DNA of 63,868 nt, filler included, from Octopus bimaculoides (Eukaryota), in NCBI RefSeq assembly GCF_001194135.2. It is 4 parts of 4 records of this genome, joined end to end, with 100 filler letters (N's around TTAATTAATTAA, not from the genome) between each part and the next. Parts side by side here need not be neighbours in the genome. Positions count along the whole stretch, not along the records: positions 13,435 to 39,014 come from NC_068982.1; positions 39,115 to 55,341 come from NC_068981.1; 2 more parts are not named here. The stretch is one strand, 5' to 3'. This document shows, piece by piece, positions 34,706-47,464 of the stretch. Positions within the stretch are counted from its first letter, which is position 1, and the number at the start of each line of letters is the position of its first letter. A program made the translations under genes and the position numbers. A model generated the notes under the pieces. The model had not been told where the DNA came from. It searched no databases and was given only the letters and a program-made list of their open reading frames with translations.

Positions 34706-35376
34706 NNNNNNNNNNNNNNNNNNNNNNNNNNNNNNNNNNNNNNNNNNNNNNNNNNNNNNNNNNNNNNNNNNNNNNNNNNNNNNNNNNNNNNNNNNNNNNN
34801 NNNNNNNNNNNNNNNNNNNNNNNNNNNNNNNNNNNNNNNNNNNNNNNNNNNNNNNNNNNNNNNNNNNNNNNNNNNNNNNNNNNNNNNNNNNNNNNNNNNN
34901 NNNNNNNNNNNNNNNNNNNNNNNNNNNNNNNNNNNNNNNNNNNNNNNNNNNNNNNNNNNNNNNNNNNNNNNNNNNNNNNNNNNNNNNNNNNNNNNNNNNN
35001 NNNNNNNNNNNNNNNNNNNNNNNNNNNNNNNNNNNNNNNNNNNNNNNNNNNNNNNNNNNNNNNNNNNNNNNNNNNNNNNNNNNNNNNNNNNNNNNNNNNN
35101 NNNNNNNNNNNNNNNNNNNNNNNNNNNNNNNNNNNNNNNNNNNNNNNNNNNNNNNNNNNNNNNNNNNNNNNNNNNNNNNNNNNNNNNNNNNNNNNNNNNN
35201 NNNNNNNNNNNNNNNNNNNNNNNNNNNNNNNNNNNNNNNNNNNNNNNNNNNNNNNNNNNNNNNNNNNNNNNNNNNNNNNNNNNNNNNNNNNNNNNNNNNN
35301 NNNNNNNNNNNNNNNNNNNNNNNNNNNNNNNNNNNNNNNNNNNNNNNNNNNNNNNNNNNNNNNNNNNNNNNNNNNN

Positions 35377-35702
35377 GCAGCGGACTCGCGGTCATAGGAT
35401 CGCGGTTTCGATTCCCAGACCGGGCGTTGTGTGAAGCTCCGGCAGGGGATGGTGGCGAACCCTGCTGTACTCTTCCACCACAACGTTCTCTCAATCTTAC
35501 TTCCTGTTTCTGTTGTGCCTGTAATTCAAAGGGTCAGCCTTGTCACACTGTGTCACGCTGAATATCCCCGAGCACTACGTTAAGGGTACACGTGTCTGTG
35601 GAGTGCTCAGCCACTTGCACGTTAATTTCACGAGCAGGATGTTCCGTTGATCGGAGCAACTGGAATCCTCGACGTCGTAAGCGACGGAGTGCCAACAACA
35701 AC
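35377..35702 (+). mobile_element. SINE family A copy, 5' end in a gap, with a short internal deletion
   Basis: Matches 39720-40078 except that the segment before aagctcc is missing. Confidence 0.85.
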
Positions 35703-35758
35703 ATTTACTTTGTTGAGTTCTTTAAATCTGATTGCAGTTATACTGAACCAGCTTATAA

Positions 35759-35809
<51 letters not shown>

Positions 35810-36170
35810 ATTTATATATATACGCATCCATACACATATATACATTCACACACTCGAAGAAGTGCGGCTATAAATATATGCAAACGATAATAAACTGATT
35901 TGCTTGTAATTAATGACTTCAGCAATATTTATTGTTATTTCGTCGAAGAAGTTCTCAAGATCAAAACTGATAATTGTCACGAGAAAGCTTATATGCCTTT
36001 CAGAAGGAATTATTGAGAATTGTTATTGTTGCATGTAGACCATTAGTTTATAAGCGATTAAGGCGATCAAACATTTTATTCAAACATATACACAGAACTA
36101 TTCTCAAGCATATAAAGTATATTTTTTTAAGTATTTCCTAGTTTTCAAATTAGAAGCCGGTGATGTGTAA

Positions 36171-36398
36171 CAATCTTTTCTATTCCTTTCTATTATAGGC
36201 ATAAGTCCTGAAATTTTTTGGGAGAAGGTCAATCGATTACATCGACCCCAGTGCATAACTGGTATTTATTTAATCGTTCCCGAAAGGATGAAAGGCAATG
36301 TCAACCTCGGTGGAATTTGAACTCGGAAGTGAAGACGTATGTAATGCCGATAAGCAGTTGCCTGGCATGCTAACGATTGTGCTAGTTCGCCGCTTTGA
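36171..36398 (-). mobile_element. SINE family B, full length
   Basis: 12-bp TSD ggtgatgtgtaa at 36159-36170 and 36399-36410. Confidence 0.85.
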
Positions 36399-38835
36399 GG
36401 TGATGTGTAATAATGCTAACTGTACTGTATATATGCTTGATACTGAAATAAGATTTCTATGATGCAGTAGTTATGTTCACAAATGACAAACCTGACATTC
36501 GAATCACATCAGAAATTATAAAGCTCAAAAACAAAGGCGCTTGTCTAAGACAAGCAAAGCTCGAAGAACACCTGACTGATCCATGTTTTTATTTAAGTGT
36601 ATCGAGGAGAACGATTATTCATTGCTTAAGTATAGCTACAGTGAATTCAGTTTCCTGTAAAGGCTTTAACAAATCTCAGACTGAGTTTTGTGGAATTATC
36701 ATTTAGAAAATAAGCTTTAGCTCAAAGGTAGAAATAATATAACAGACAATACCAATGTCTTCCTTACGTGTCTCTATAGCTAGGCGGAATATGTAGTTTT
36801 TAAAAACCACCAATAGAAACTTTCCAGCTGTCAATAAAACTATTACATACAGACCTGATTTAAATTACCTCAGATTTGGCGCTAAAATTTTAATTACTTT
36901 CTTCCAGGTTTTCAAATAACAACTTACGGAATGTTAATGCTATTGATATTTCGAGTGAACATCGTTCAGTGTATAGTATTTAATAAAACGAACACTACTT
37001 TCTCTGTCGATGATCATACTAATAATGTAAAAACATGTCACTGATAAGGAAAGTCTGACGTTTACTTGAGGAGATATCAATTCATTTCGGCGAGAAGATT
37101 GATAAATACTTCGGCAATGTGTATTTCTAACTAAGAATACGGAAGCTATGCAGTAACTAAGCTAAAGGAAGATAAAAATCTGGTGGAGTGATGTTAGATA
37201 TAATACGGCAAACAGCACATCTACAGACGGGCACATTCATACCGGCAGTAACTAAAACATTATATCTCCCTAGGCACACATAGCTAAATAGCTAAACCCA
37301 GACTTTTAAAGAAATGTATAATCACACATGACTATATTCCGTTTCCCAATCCCACTTTCTGTGCAATATATATATATACATATNNNNNNNNNNNNNNNNN
37401 NNNNNNNNNNNNNNNNNNNNNNNNNNNNNNNNNNNNNNNNNNNNNNNNNNNNNNNNNNNNNNNNNNNNNNNNNNNNNNNNNNNNNNNNNNNNNNNNNNNN
37501 NNNNNNNNNNNNNNNNNNNNNNNNNNNNNNNNNNNNNNNNNNNNNNNNNNNNNNNNNNNNNNNNNNNNNNNNNNNNNNNNNNNNNNNNNNNNNNNNNNNN
37601 NNNNNNNNNNNNNNNNNNNNNNNNNNNNNNNNNNNNNNNNNNNNNNNNNNNNNNNNNNNNNNNNNNNNNNNNNNNNNNNNNNNNNNNNNNNNNNNNNNNN
37701 NNNNNNNNNNNNNNNNNNNNNNNNNNNNNNNNNNNNNNNNNTGAGATTGGTAAAGGAAATAAAGAATAAAGAGTGGAAAATGTCGACAAACCAACTGTCA
37801 TCTGATATCTGACCACTCACGATCTAACTACTCATTCATTAAAGTTTGAGTTTAAAACTGTTCAACAAAACAAGTCTATTAATAAACTCAACATATCGAA
37901 TACGCTTTCTATTTCTACGTATCTACTTATCTTCGCAGAAGAATATGTTTCTGTCACGTTGAATTGATCATCTTTATATGTGATAAGGAAAATTTACATC
38001 ATTGCAATTGATTTCCTTTTAGGCATTAGTCAAATATTTACGGCTTCTCTTATCTTTCTTATTAAGATGTAGTATTGGACTAACCAGAATTCTACGACTT
38101 ATCGTGGAAGAAAATGTACAAAACAGTCAACTATATCGAAAGGAATAGTTTAAGTATTTAGTGTTATAAAGTCTCGGTAAGAAGAGTATTTGTGAAATTC
38201 CAAAATATAGGATTTAGAAGAAAGAAGGGAAAAGAAGAAAACTAAAACATCAAGTATTAAACCAACGTTAATGCTATTGAATTTATTTTTTTCTAAAAAA
38301 ACATATCAGTAACCACTTTTGGAAAGTTGATACTTAATGCCCATTTGTATATTAAACTAAAAATTATCCATCAGAAATGTAGAATTTGTAGATTTCATTC
38401 ATGAACATAGTGGTAAAATATTCTGGAAACTAGAATCATAGTTGTAGATTTTTTTTTCTCGAAGTTGATAGATTATTTATATACTTTTAGGCTTCTATTG
38501 CTAAATGATCAAAGTTATAAAATAAATTAGCAATAACGTCGAGGTTGAGTCATTTTTGCAATTAATAATACATATACATTCACTGTTATATCCGTTTTCG
38601 CCACTGACTATAACAGTTATATGTGTAGTTTATTGGTTCTAGTTATTCGTGAGTTAATTTGTTTAATCATCCCAAAACTAAGCTCTCTGATCAAATTCGT
38701 TGCCAAAGCGACATATAACCCTTGCACAACTGAAAACGTAGCTGCTAAATAACTTTGCTATATAACTTGAGAATATTATACCAGAGAAAAGTGTTAATAT
38801 ACATGTGTATGTATGTATGTATGTATGTATGTATG

Positions 38836-38866
<31 letters not shown>

Positions 38867-38980
38867 GTATTTATGTATGTATGTATGTATATATGTATAT
38901 AAATATATACTATATATATGTATACATGTATACATAAATCTATATATATGTATATATATATTAATATATATATATATGTT

Positions 38981-39014
<34 letters not shown>

Positions 39015-39114
39015 NNNNNNNNNNNNNNNNNNNNNNNNNNNNNNNNNNNNNNNNNNNNTTAATTAATTAANNNNNNNNNNNNNNNNNNNNNNNNNNNNNN
39101 NNNNNNNNNNNNNN

Positions 39115-39175
<61 letters not shown>

Positions 39176-39690
39176 ACATTGCTTGAAACTGGTATTGTGT
39201 TCCTTCATAACCCGTAACGTATCGGGTTCGATAACGATAGAGAAGATCGATAAAATACATATCACAGTATTTGATCGATCATATCGATCAAATTGGGGTC
39301 GTTATGATGGACTAGATCATTGAAGGTGGTGTACTAGTGAAGGAATAAAAGAATATATCGATTTCTTGCATGGGCAAAAGGCCACGAATTTTGGAGGAGG
39401 TGGTGGTGATGGTGGTAGGGAAAGATGAAGAAAGGAAGAAACATACAAATCTGCGCATACACTAACACCAAATACTGCACACACACACATATGCACAAAT
39501 ACCTAGATGATGTTGATAAAAGTTCCAATGAAGGAGCCTTGAATCTATGCTAGAGTCCGGCTCTTTCTCTATGGACAAGAAATACAGAAATGAAACTGAT
39601 TGATAACATACATACATACATACATACATACACACACACACATACATAGTGGCTGCTTTCTCGTATACGAGCAAAGCTATTGCGACAAAG

Positions 39691-40078
39691 GTGTAGGCGC
39701 AATGGCCCAGTGGTTAGGGCAGCAGACTCGCGGTCGTAGGATCGCGGTTTCGATTCCCAGACCGGGCATTGTGAGTGTTTATTGAGCGAAAGCACCTAAA
39801 GCTCCACGAGGCTCCGGCAGGGGATGGTGGCGAACCCTGCTGTACTCTTCCACCACAACTTTCTCTCACTCTTTCTTCCTGTTTCTGTTGTACCTGTATT
39901 TCAAAGGGTCAGCCTTGTCACACTGTGTCACGCTGAATATCCCCGAGAACTACGTTAAGGGTACACGTGTCTGTGGAGAGCTCAGCCACTTGCACGTTAA
40001 TTTCACGAGCAGGCTATTCCGTTGATCGGATCGACTGGAACCCTCGACGTCGTAAGCGACGGAGTGCCAACAACAACA
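39691..40078 (+). mobile_element. SINE family A, full length (best copy)
   Basis: A-box tggcccagtgg 39703-39713, B-box ggtttcgattccc 39746-39758, (CAA)n tail, 12-bp TSD attgcgacaaag at 39679-39690 and 40079-40090. Confidence 0.92.
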
Positions 40079-40169
40079 ATTGCGACAAAGAATCATTGAA
40101 ATGAGTGATTGATAACGCAATGTGAGGCCCTTATATGACTTTTCAGCCCCGCCAAAGATTTGCACATTT

Positions 40170-40510
40170 TATTGCATAATGCGCAGTTGTGCTGATTGAC
40201 AGAAGGAACCGTTGCCACAGTATGAAGTCTTTTGACAGGTCTTTTTCATCCTCCAACGGAACGGCACACCTTTCCACAGGTTGCAACTGTTCAGTTGTGA
40301 ACAATAGCTGTACCATAATTTACAAGGGGTCGATTCCTACAGATTCTTTGTTGACTGACCAGGCCTGCACGACTCAAGCATTTCCTCCTACAAATCACAC
40401 ACGTAAAAATCAATACAATTTCACGTTCTACTGGTTCTATGTTCCAAATCTTTCTCTTGATCTCGTGTTTCATTCTCTCTCTTTCAGACTTCGAACAACC
40501 ACTGTGCACT
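40170..40510 (-). mobile_element. RTE LINE extreme 3' fragment with two C-terminal zinc-finger motifs
   Basis: FTCVICRRKCLSRAGLVS and ATCGKVCRSVGG*KR on the minus strand. Confidence 0.65.
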
Positions 40511-40747
40511 GATACATACATACATACATACATACACATATAATATACACACAAACACACACACACACATATGTATGTTCTCAAATATAAGAGGTGCGGG
40601 TTCGAGTACCATGCGTACGGAAAACACTTTTTTTCAGTCGAGGGCCTATATGCCCCAACACTAGACCATTTTCTTTAGTCAATACACAGTGATCGCTTAT
40701 AAGCTTTAAGCTTTAAAAAATTATTATTTACAGATTATATATATATA

Positions 40748-41977
40748 CAGGGTGTCCCTCAAAAAATGTATACACACTTTAGCCGCTGATAACTCAATTG
40801 ATAACTCAAAGGAAATTCGTTCTAAAATGCTACTAGAAGTGTGAAAACGTAGTTGAAGTTCAAAGACAGTTTAGGAGGGAGTTTCAAACAGATCCACCAA
40901 TGCGACTTACCATCACTAGAATTAGAGATGAGTTTGAAGCCGATAGAACTGTTCAGAATGTCCACGAGAGGTGCTCCAGAAGACCACGAACATCGACAAC
41001 CCCACACCCCGCAAAACAAGAAGGAGTACTGGAAACGTATCACCAAAGTCCAAGAAAATCTGTACGGCAAGCGAGTCGTGAGGTAGGTATTTCAAAATCG
41101 TCTGTCCAACGCATTTCGAAGCGTTGTCAATGGAAAAGTTACGTTCCAAGATCAGTCCATGCTACTAATGATGATGATCCAGACGGGAGAGTGCAGTATT
41201 GCGAGTGGTACTTGGCACGATTTGTAGAAGATGCACACTTCCCAACAAAGATCGTGTGGAGCGATGAGGCCACATTCAAATTAAATGGTTCAATTAACCA
41301 CCACAGTTGCACCTACTGGGGACCTGAGAATCCGCATGTTATAACGGAACATCATGTTAATTTACTAGGAGTTACAGTATGGTGTGGCTTATCATCAAGA
41401 AGATTAATTGGGCCATTTATCATCAAGAGGATTAATTCTCTTTTGACGCTACTGTAATTGGTCCCGTTTGCTTGAACTTGCTGCAACAGTCTGTCATGCC
41501 AAGCATTAGAGAAGACTATGATGAGGAGTTTTATTTTCAGCAAGATGGGGCATCCCCACATTACCATCGCGATGTTAGATCCTTTCTTAATGAGATCTTG
41601 CCAAACAGATGGATTGGACACATGGGTTTCGTTGTATACCCTCTGCATTCACCAGACCTCACATCACTAGAATTTTTTTATGGGAATACGTAAAAGGTAA
41701 AGTCTACACTATGAAACCTGCAACAGTCCCTGATTTGGGAGCAGCCATTGAACAAGAATGCACACAAATACCAAATGAATTATTTCGTAATGTTTGCGAT
41801 TCCATTGCTTCGCGTTTTCAGTTGTGCCTGGACCAAAACGGACGTCAATTTGAAAACACGCGTTGACAAAACAATAAAATAATATTTGTAGATTCTACTA
41901 AATTTTGAAAATGAAATGTATTTTAATAAACACCTACTTTACAATTAAAGTGTGCATACATTTTTTCTGGGGACACC

Positions 41978-41980
<3 letters not shown>
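40748..41980 (+). mobile_element. Full-length degenerate Tc1/mariner DD41D (rosa/Visitor-type) transposon
   Basis: ~35-bp TIRs cagggtgtccc...aaaatgtat.cacacttta within (TA)n. WSDEATF, QQDG-...[10 protein letters not shown] with 41-aa spacing (third D mutated to E). Frameshifts. Confidence 0.9.
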
Positions 41981-42029
<49 letters not shown>

Positions 42030-42035
<6 letters not shown>

Positions 42036-43480
42036 ATTTCCACTCTACATTGTATTCTGCTTCTACAATCTTACCCATCCTCCTTTCCACTTCCTGCCGC
42101 CTCACGCGTGCCACCATCCGTCCAATCTCTCTAAAATACACACCCTTCACTGCCTTCTCCCTCTTGCTTCACCTTCTCCAACACCACTTTTCTCACCAGC
42201 ACCCATTACCAACTCTTTTACTTGCACCTTCAGCAATATTATCTACTACATACCCTGCTCTCTCTATCCTTTCCTGTACATTGGTCAAACGAGACACTGG
42301 TTGGCCGATCGGTTTACTGAACACCTCCGAGGCATCAGACTCGGTAATGACAACTCGGTTTCACGTCACTTCCACTCCACCAGTCATTCGCTACAACATG
42401 TGTTTTCGGACTGTCTCTGCACAGGGCCACCCAGACTTCCGCCTTCGCCGTGAACAGGAATTAATCATCTCCCTCCATTCCGTTGCTCATTATGTTCTTA
42501 ATTCGCCACCTCTCTTCATCTAACACCAATCCCACACAGATTCCCACACATCTTCCACCTTGAACTGCCTCCTCCACCCCACACCTATACACTGCCTAAC
42601 TCAGTATCCTCATTGCACAGACCCACAAAACCTTCCCACTCCTCCATAATCCCTAGCACCCAACACCTCCCAGTACTCACACCACACACCATTACACATA
42701 CACCGACACTCACACACACTAGCACTCTATACCTGCCAATGCCTAACTCCCGTCACCTCTATCCCACCTTACCTCAGCTCTGTATCACCTCCTAACCCCC
42801 CCCCCACTCTCGGCTCCCCAGTCCCACCTCAAACCTCTATGCACTCTCCCACAACACGCAGAATTCACTCCAAAAAGAGCACGCAATGCACATGCGCACA
42901 GCAGATCTGAACACAGACAATTCAGACACACACGTGACACGCATAAACACATACAACTTTTTCACACAAACATACACTATACATGCACACTATAGGGTCG
43001 CACACACACACGCACACACACNNNNNNNNNNAACATACACTATACATGCACACTATAGGGTCGCACACACACACGCACACACACACACACATACACACAC
43101 CACTCGAACAAGCACACGTCGACTGCTACACAAGCATTTGCATACGCACACAAATACACACATATACAAGCGTCCATATGTGCGCGCGCACACACATACA
43201 CAAACACACATACACACACACTAATATATGAATCACACATCACTCCACACGACGCACACACTAGGTTACTTGTACACATACACACACGCTCCCATACACA
43301 CACACACCGTTAATCCCTACACATATTTTTCTCGCTCCGTTTTTTTCTTTCGTACTCTCTCCATTTTTTCCTCTCAATCCTTTCTGTTGAAGAGCTTGGG
43401 TCCGAAACGTCAAAGATTTTCCTATTCTTGCCCAGCGTCAAACTAAAATACCTGCTTATTGCTCTTTCATTTGTCTTCAT
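42030..43480 (+). mobile_element. Penelope-like element 3' part (GIY-YIG plus long 3' UTR)
   Basis: FTCTFSNIIYYIPCSLYPFLYIGQTRHWLADRFTEHLR..SVSRHF. Terminal ttctgttgaagagc...cgaaacgtc motif. Confidence 0.8.
43380..43415 (+). ncRNA. Degenerate minimal hammerhead-like motif in the Penelope terminus
   Basis: cttt-CTGTTGA-agagcttgggtcc-GAA-ACGT-C-aaag. Stem I cttt/aaag, palindromic ACGT, GUC triplet. Core and stem II are mutated. Confidence 0.4.
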
Positions 43481-43508
43481 CTTTTGTTTTCTGTAAGTTT
43501 GAACTATA

Positions 43509-43569
<61 letters not shown>

Positions 43570-43694
43570 AGATGTATGTATGCATGTATATATATGTGTA
43601 TGTATATTTGTGTGTGTGTAAATATATATATGAGTATACATGTATATATGTATGTGTGTGTTTGTCCCTCCAACAACGCTTGACAACCGATGTT

Positions 43695-45171
43695 GGAAGG
43701 ACCTCTATTTTTTAAAATCTAATTTAAGCCTAGTGACGATAATACTAGCTTCTTTATTGATTTCGCCGCTAGGCTTAAATTAGATTAAAAAATAGAAGTC
43801 TTTCCAAAAAAAGAGGCCTTTATAACTATTAAAGACCATAAAAAGAACTTCCTATCTAGTCCTAAATGTAGGCTTATTAACCCAGCTAAATCAGAAATTG
43901 GTATTATTAGTAAAGAAATTTTAGGAAAAATGAATGCGAAAGTCAGAAATGCTACTAGGTTAGTACAATGGTCCAATGGTATAGAAGTCGTTGGCTGGTT
44001 TAAAGCCATTAGGAATAACAATAAAGCGGAATTTACACAATTCGATATTGTTGATTTCTATGCCTCTATCACTAAGGAACTGCTAGATAAAGCCCTCACC
44101 TTCGCAAGCGAACTTATAGAAATTAGTACACAAGATAAGGACATAATCTTCCATGCTAGAAAGACTTTACTCTTCAGTGAGAACGCAAAATGGGTCAAGA
44201 CTATCGATACAGAGGGTGCTTTCTATGTGAGCATGGGGTCATATGATGGAGCAGGCATATGCGATCTGATTGGACTATTCCTACTCGATACGTTGAGCAA
44301 AACTTTTCCTGGTGTATATTTCACCATTTACAAAGATAATTCCCTAGCTTTAACCACAAATACCAATGGACAAGCACAAGATCGGTTTAGGAAGGACATT
44401 ATCCAAATGATAAAAAACATTCGGTCTTAGCATAACTAAAGATATCAACATGCCAGTTGTCTATTTCCTAGATGTATCCTTAGATTTAAATAATACTTAC
44501 AAACCTTATAGGAAGCCCAACGATAGACTTAGTTATATTAATGTGGGTTCCTGCCATCCCCCCATAGTTTAGTTTTAAAAGTTAGCAAGAGAATTTCTAG
44601 CCTCTCCTCCGACAAAAACATTTTTAATAGTGTTGCCTCAATATATAAGAAAGCTCTTAAAAATAGTGGATTTAGCGAGGAAATAACCTATACACATGTT
44701 ACCAGTCTAGTAATAAAGAAAAGGAAAAATGGGAATAGGAAAACTATCTGGTTCACACCCCCTTACTCCCCCGAAGTGACCTTTAATATAGGCAAATATT
44801 TCTTATCACTTATAGATAGGCATTTTCCAATCAATCATAATTATAGAAAGCTCTTCAATAGGCATAACCTAAAAATTAGTTTTAGCTCAACTACTAATTT
44901 TAAAAATATAATTGCACACAACACACAAAACAAGAAAATGAAACCAGGGATAAATATTTGTGCCCGCTAAATGGAGCTTGCATGTCCGAGACCATCATTT
45001 ATGAAGCCACCGTAGACTCTACAACCACTAAGGACATAGTTTCGTCAAAGAAATATGTGGGTATCACAGAGGAGAATTTCAAAACCAGGTTCAGCAATCA
45101 CACACTGGGAAAAAAGAAAAACAACCAAATTATCCAGTTATATATGGTCCTTAAAAGAAAAAGGTGTCAAC
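43695..45171 (+). mobile_element. Naiad-like Penelope-like element, 5'-truncated with an inverted 5' segment, 3' end in a gap
   Basis: FDIVDFYASI, VSMGSYDGAGICDLIG, YKDNSL, CPLNGACM, YVGITEENFKTRFSNH. ~48-bp inverted repeat at 43695-43805. Confidence 0.75.
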
Positions 45172-46549
45172 NNNNNNNNNNNNNNNNNNNNNNNNNNNNN
45201 NNNNNNNNNNNNNNNNNNNNNNNNNNNNNNNNNNNNNNNNNNNNNNNNNNNNNNNNNNNNNNNNNNNNNNNNNNNNNNNNNNNNNNNNNNNNNNNNNNNN
45301 NNNNNNNNNNNNNNNNNNNNNNNNNNNNNNNNNNNNNNNNNNNNNNNNNNNNNNNNNNNNNNNNNNNNNNNNNNNNNNNNNNNNNNNNNNNNNNNNNNNN
45401 NNNNNNNNNNNNNNNNNNNNNNNNNNNNNNNNNNNNNNNNNNNNNNNNNNNNNNNNNNNNNNNNNNNNNNNNNNNNNNNNNNNNNNNNNNNNNNNNNNNN
45501 NNNNNNNNNNNNNNNNNNNNNNNNNNNNNNNNNNNNNNNNNNNNNNNNNNNNNNNNNNNNNNNNNNNNNNNNNNNNNNNNNNNNNNNNNNNNNNNNNNNN
45601 NNNNNNNNNNNNNNNNNNNNNNNNNNNNNNNNNNNNNNNNNNNNNNNNNNNNNNNNNNNNNNNNNNNNNNNNNNNNNNNNNNNNNNNNNNNNNNNNNNNN
45701 NNNNNNNNNNNNNNNNNNNNNNNNNNNNNNNNNNNNNNNNNNNNNNNNNNNNNNNNNNNNNNNNNNNNNNNNNNNNNNNNNNNNNNNNNNNNNNNNNNNN
45801 NNNNNNNNNNNNNNNNNNNNNNNNNNNNNNNNNNNNNNNNNNNNNNNNNNNNNNNNNNNNNNNNNNNNNNNNNNNNNNNNNNNNNNTATATATATATATA
45901 TATCATATAAGCCTCGAAAAGACGAGATAGTCATGGCTGGAAACAGTTAGTCATAGGATGGATCAATTACGGTTCGCCGAAGGTTTAACAGCCACAACCA
46001 GTACCGTACTATGGGGATATAACAACAACATCAACTACTCCTACTACTACTACAACAACAATACCTACTACAGCAACAACAACTACTGCCGCTGTCGCTA
46101 CTACTACTACTACATCAATGATAATAACTTTGATTAGAATATCAACAGTATAACCTTGAGTAGTGAATTTACTTTTAAGGCGTTAAGAGTAGCCGTTCTA
46201 TGATGTCAAACTTCCGGCGGAACTAACACTTCTTACAACAAGCTGAATGGTCCGTGTTTGCTTCTCAATGAATAGGAAAGAAAACACAGGATAGTAATCC
46301 AGCATGGAATGTACGTAATTAGTCTATGATGAAATCTGGATCTACTGTTATGATCCAGAGACCAAGAGACAGAATGCATAAGAAATGATCCTGAGTGGTG
46401 CAAGTAAACAGTATATCGCATGAATACGTATGCTTTACACACATAATTTCGTCTATAAAACACACACACGCACGCACGCACACGTTCAGACACAAGCGCG
46501 CGCACACACACATATACATACATACATCTACCGATGAGTCATGATGTTG

Positions 46550-47460
46550 TAGCTAGGACACTGTATAACGAGATCCGTGGAACGGATAACCCCGAGGACA
46601 AAGAAATAAGAACCCACAATATAGTGGAAGCCATATCCTCTCATAATAATAGTACTAGAGGAATGTCATACTGAAAACCTCAATAAAATGTAAACACGAT
46701 AGACCTGGTATAATGATTTGGGATTGAGAAGAGAAACTGAGTAGAAATTTGTGCAAAGATTGTTCCCAGGGTACTCTGAGAAACAGAAGAATAGACGCAT
46801 TGGTGAAAGCAGGGAGATGGTTGAGCTCATTACCTCCAATCCAATGGAGCCTCTGGTGGTCTATGATGAAATCTGGATCTACTGTTATGATCCAGAGACC
46901 AAGAGACAGAATGCATAAGAAGGCTAGGCAAAGCAAATACATCGGGAGGCTCACGATGATTCCCTTTTTTGACAGCAAGAACACAATCTACATCCACTGG
47001 GTCACCTCTGGCCAGACGGTCAACAAAGTAGCCTGTGGAGGTTTTGAATGAGTTTCGTCGCAGAAGACCTGAGCCCTTCCACTTGGTCTGGTGCCACTTG
47101 CACCAGTACAATGCACCAGTCCAAAATTCCATCCTGGTATCCAAGTACTTGACAGAGACGGGCATCAAAACTGCTCCTCATCCTTCCTTACAGTTCAAAC
47201 CTTGCTCCCTGTGACACCTGGTTGTTCCCTAAGCTGAAAGAGAACTTCTGGGACAGTCGTTTTAAAGATGATGGAGGCTGTGATAAAGATCCTGGACAAT
47301 TTCATTTTGGAGGACTACCATGGGGCCTTCACAGAGTGGCTGAAGCGCTAAAACATGTTTATTTGAAATCAGAGGACCCTAGTTTGAAGAAGATTAGAGT
47401 TTGTACTTTGAAATTAATAAATGTTTCCCTTGAAAAATATGAAAACTTCTGGCACAGGCC
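46550..47460 (+). mobile_element. Degenerate mariner transposase
   Basis: DEIWIYCYDPETKRQ, KKARQSK, MIPFFDS, HWV.SGQTVNK, WCHLHQYNAPV, IKTAPHP.L.FKPCS, LFPKLKE. Confidence 0.8.
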
Positions 47461-47464
47461 TTAG

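Noticed and set aside
36473-36706. 77-aa ORF in unique sequence
   Set aside because: No domain, no convincing splice sites and a length within chance expectation.
39691-39765. tRNA-like sequence with A and B boxes
   Set aside because: It is a SINE head: it continues into the SINE body, has TSDs and shows no complete cloverleaf. No tRNA gene was called.
42968-43085. Exact ~54-bp duplication on either side of a 10-N gap
   Set aside because: Typical unmerged contig overlap.
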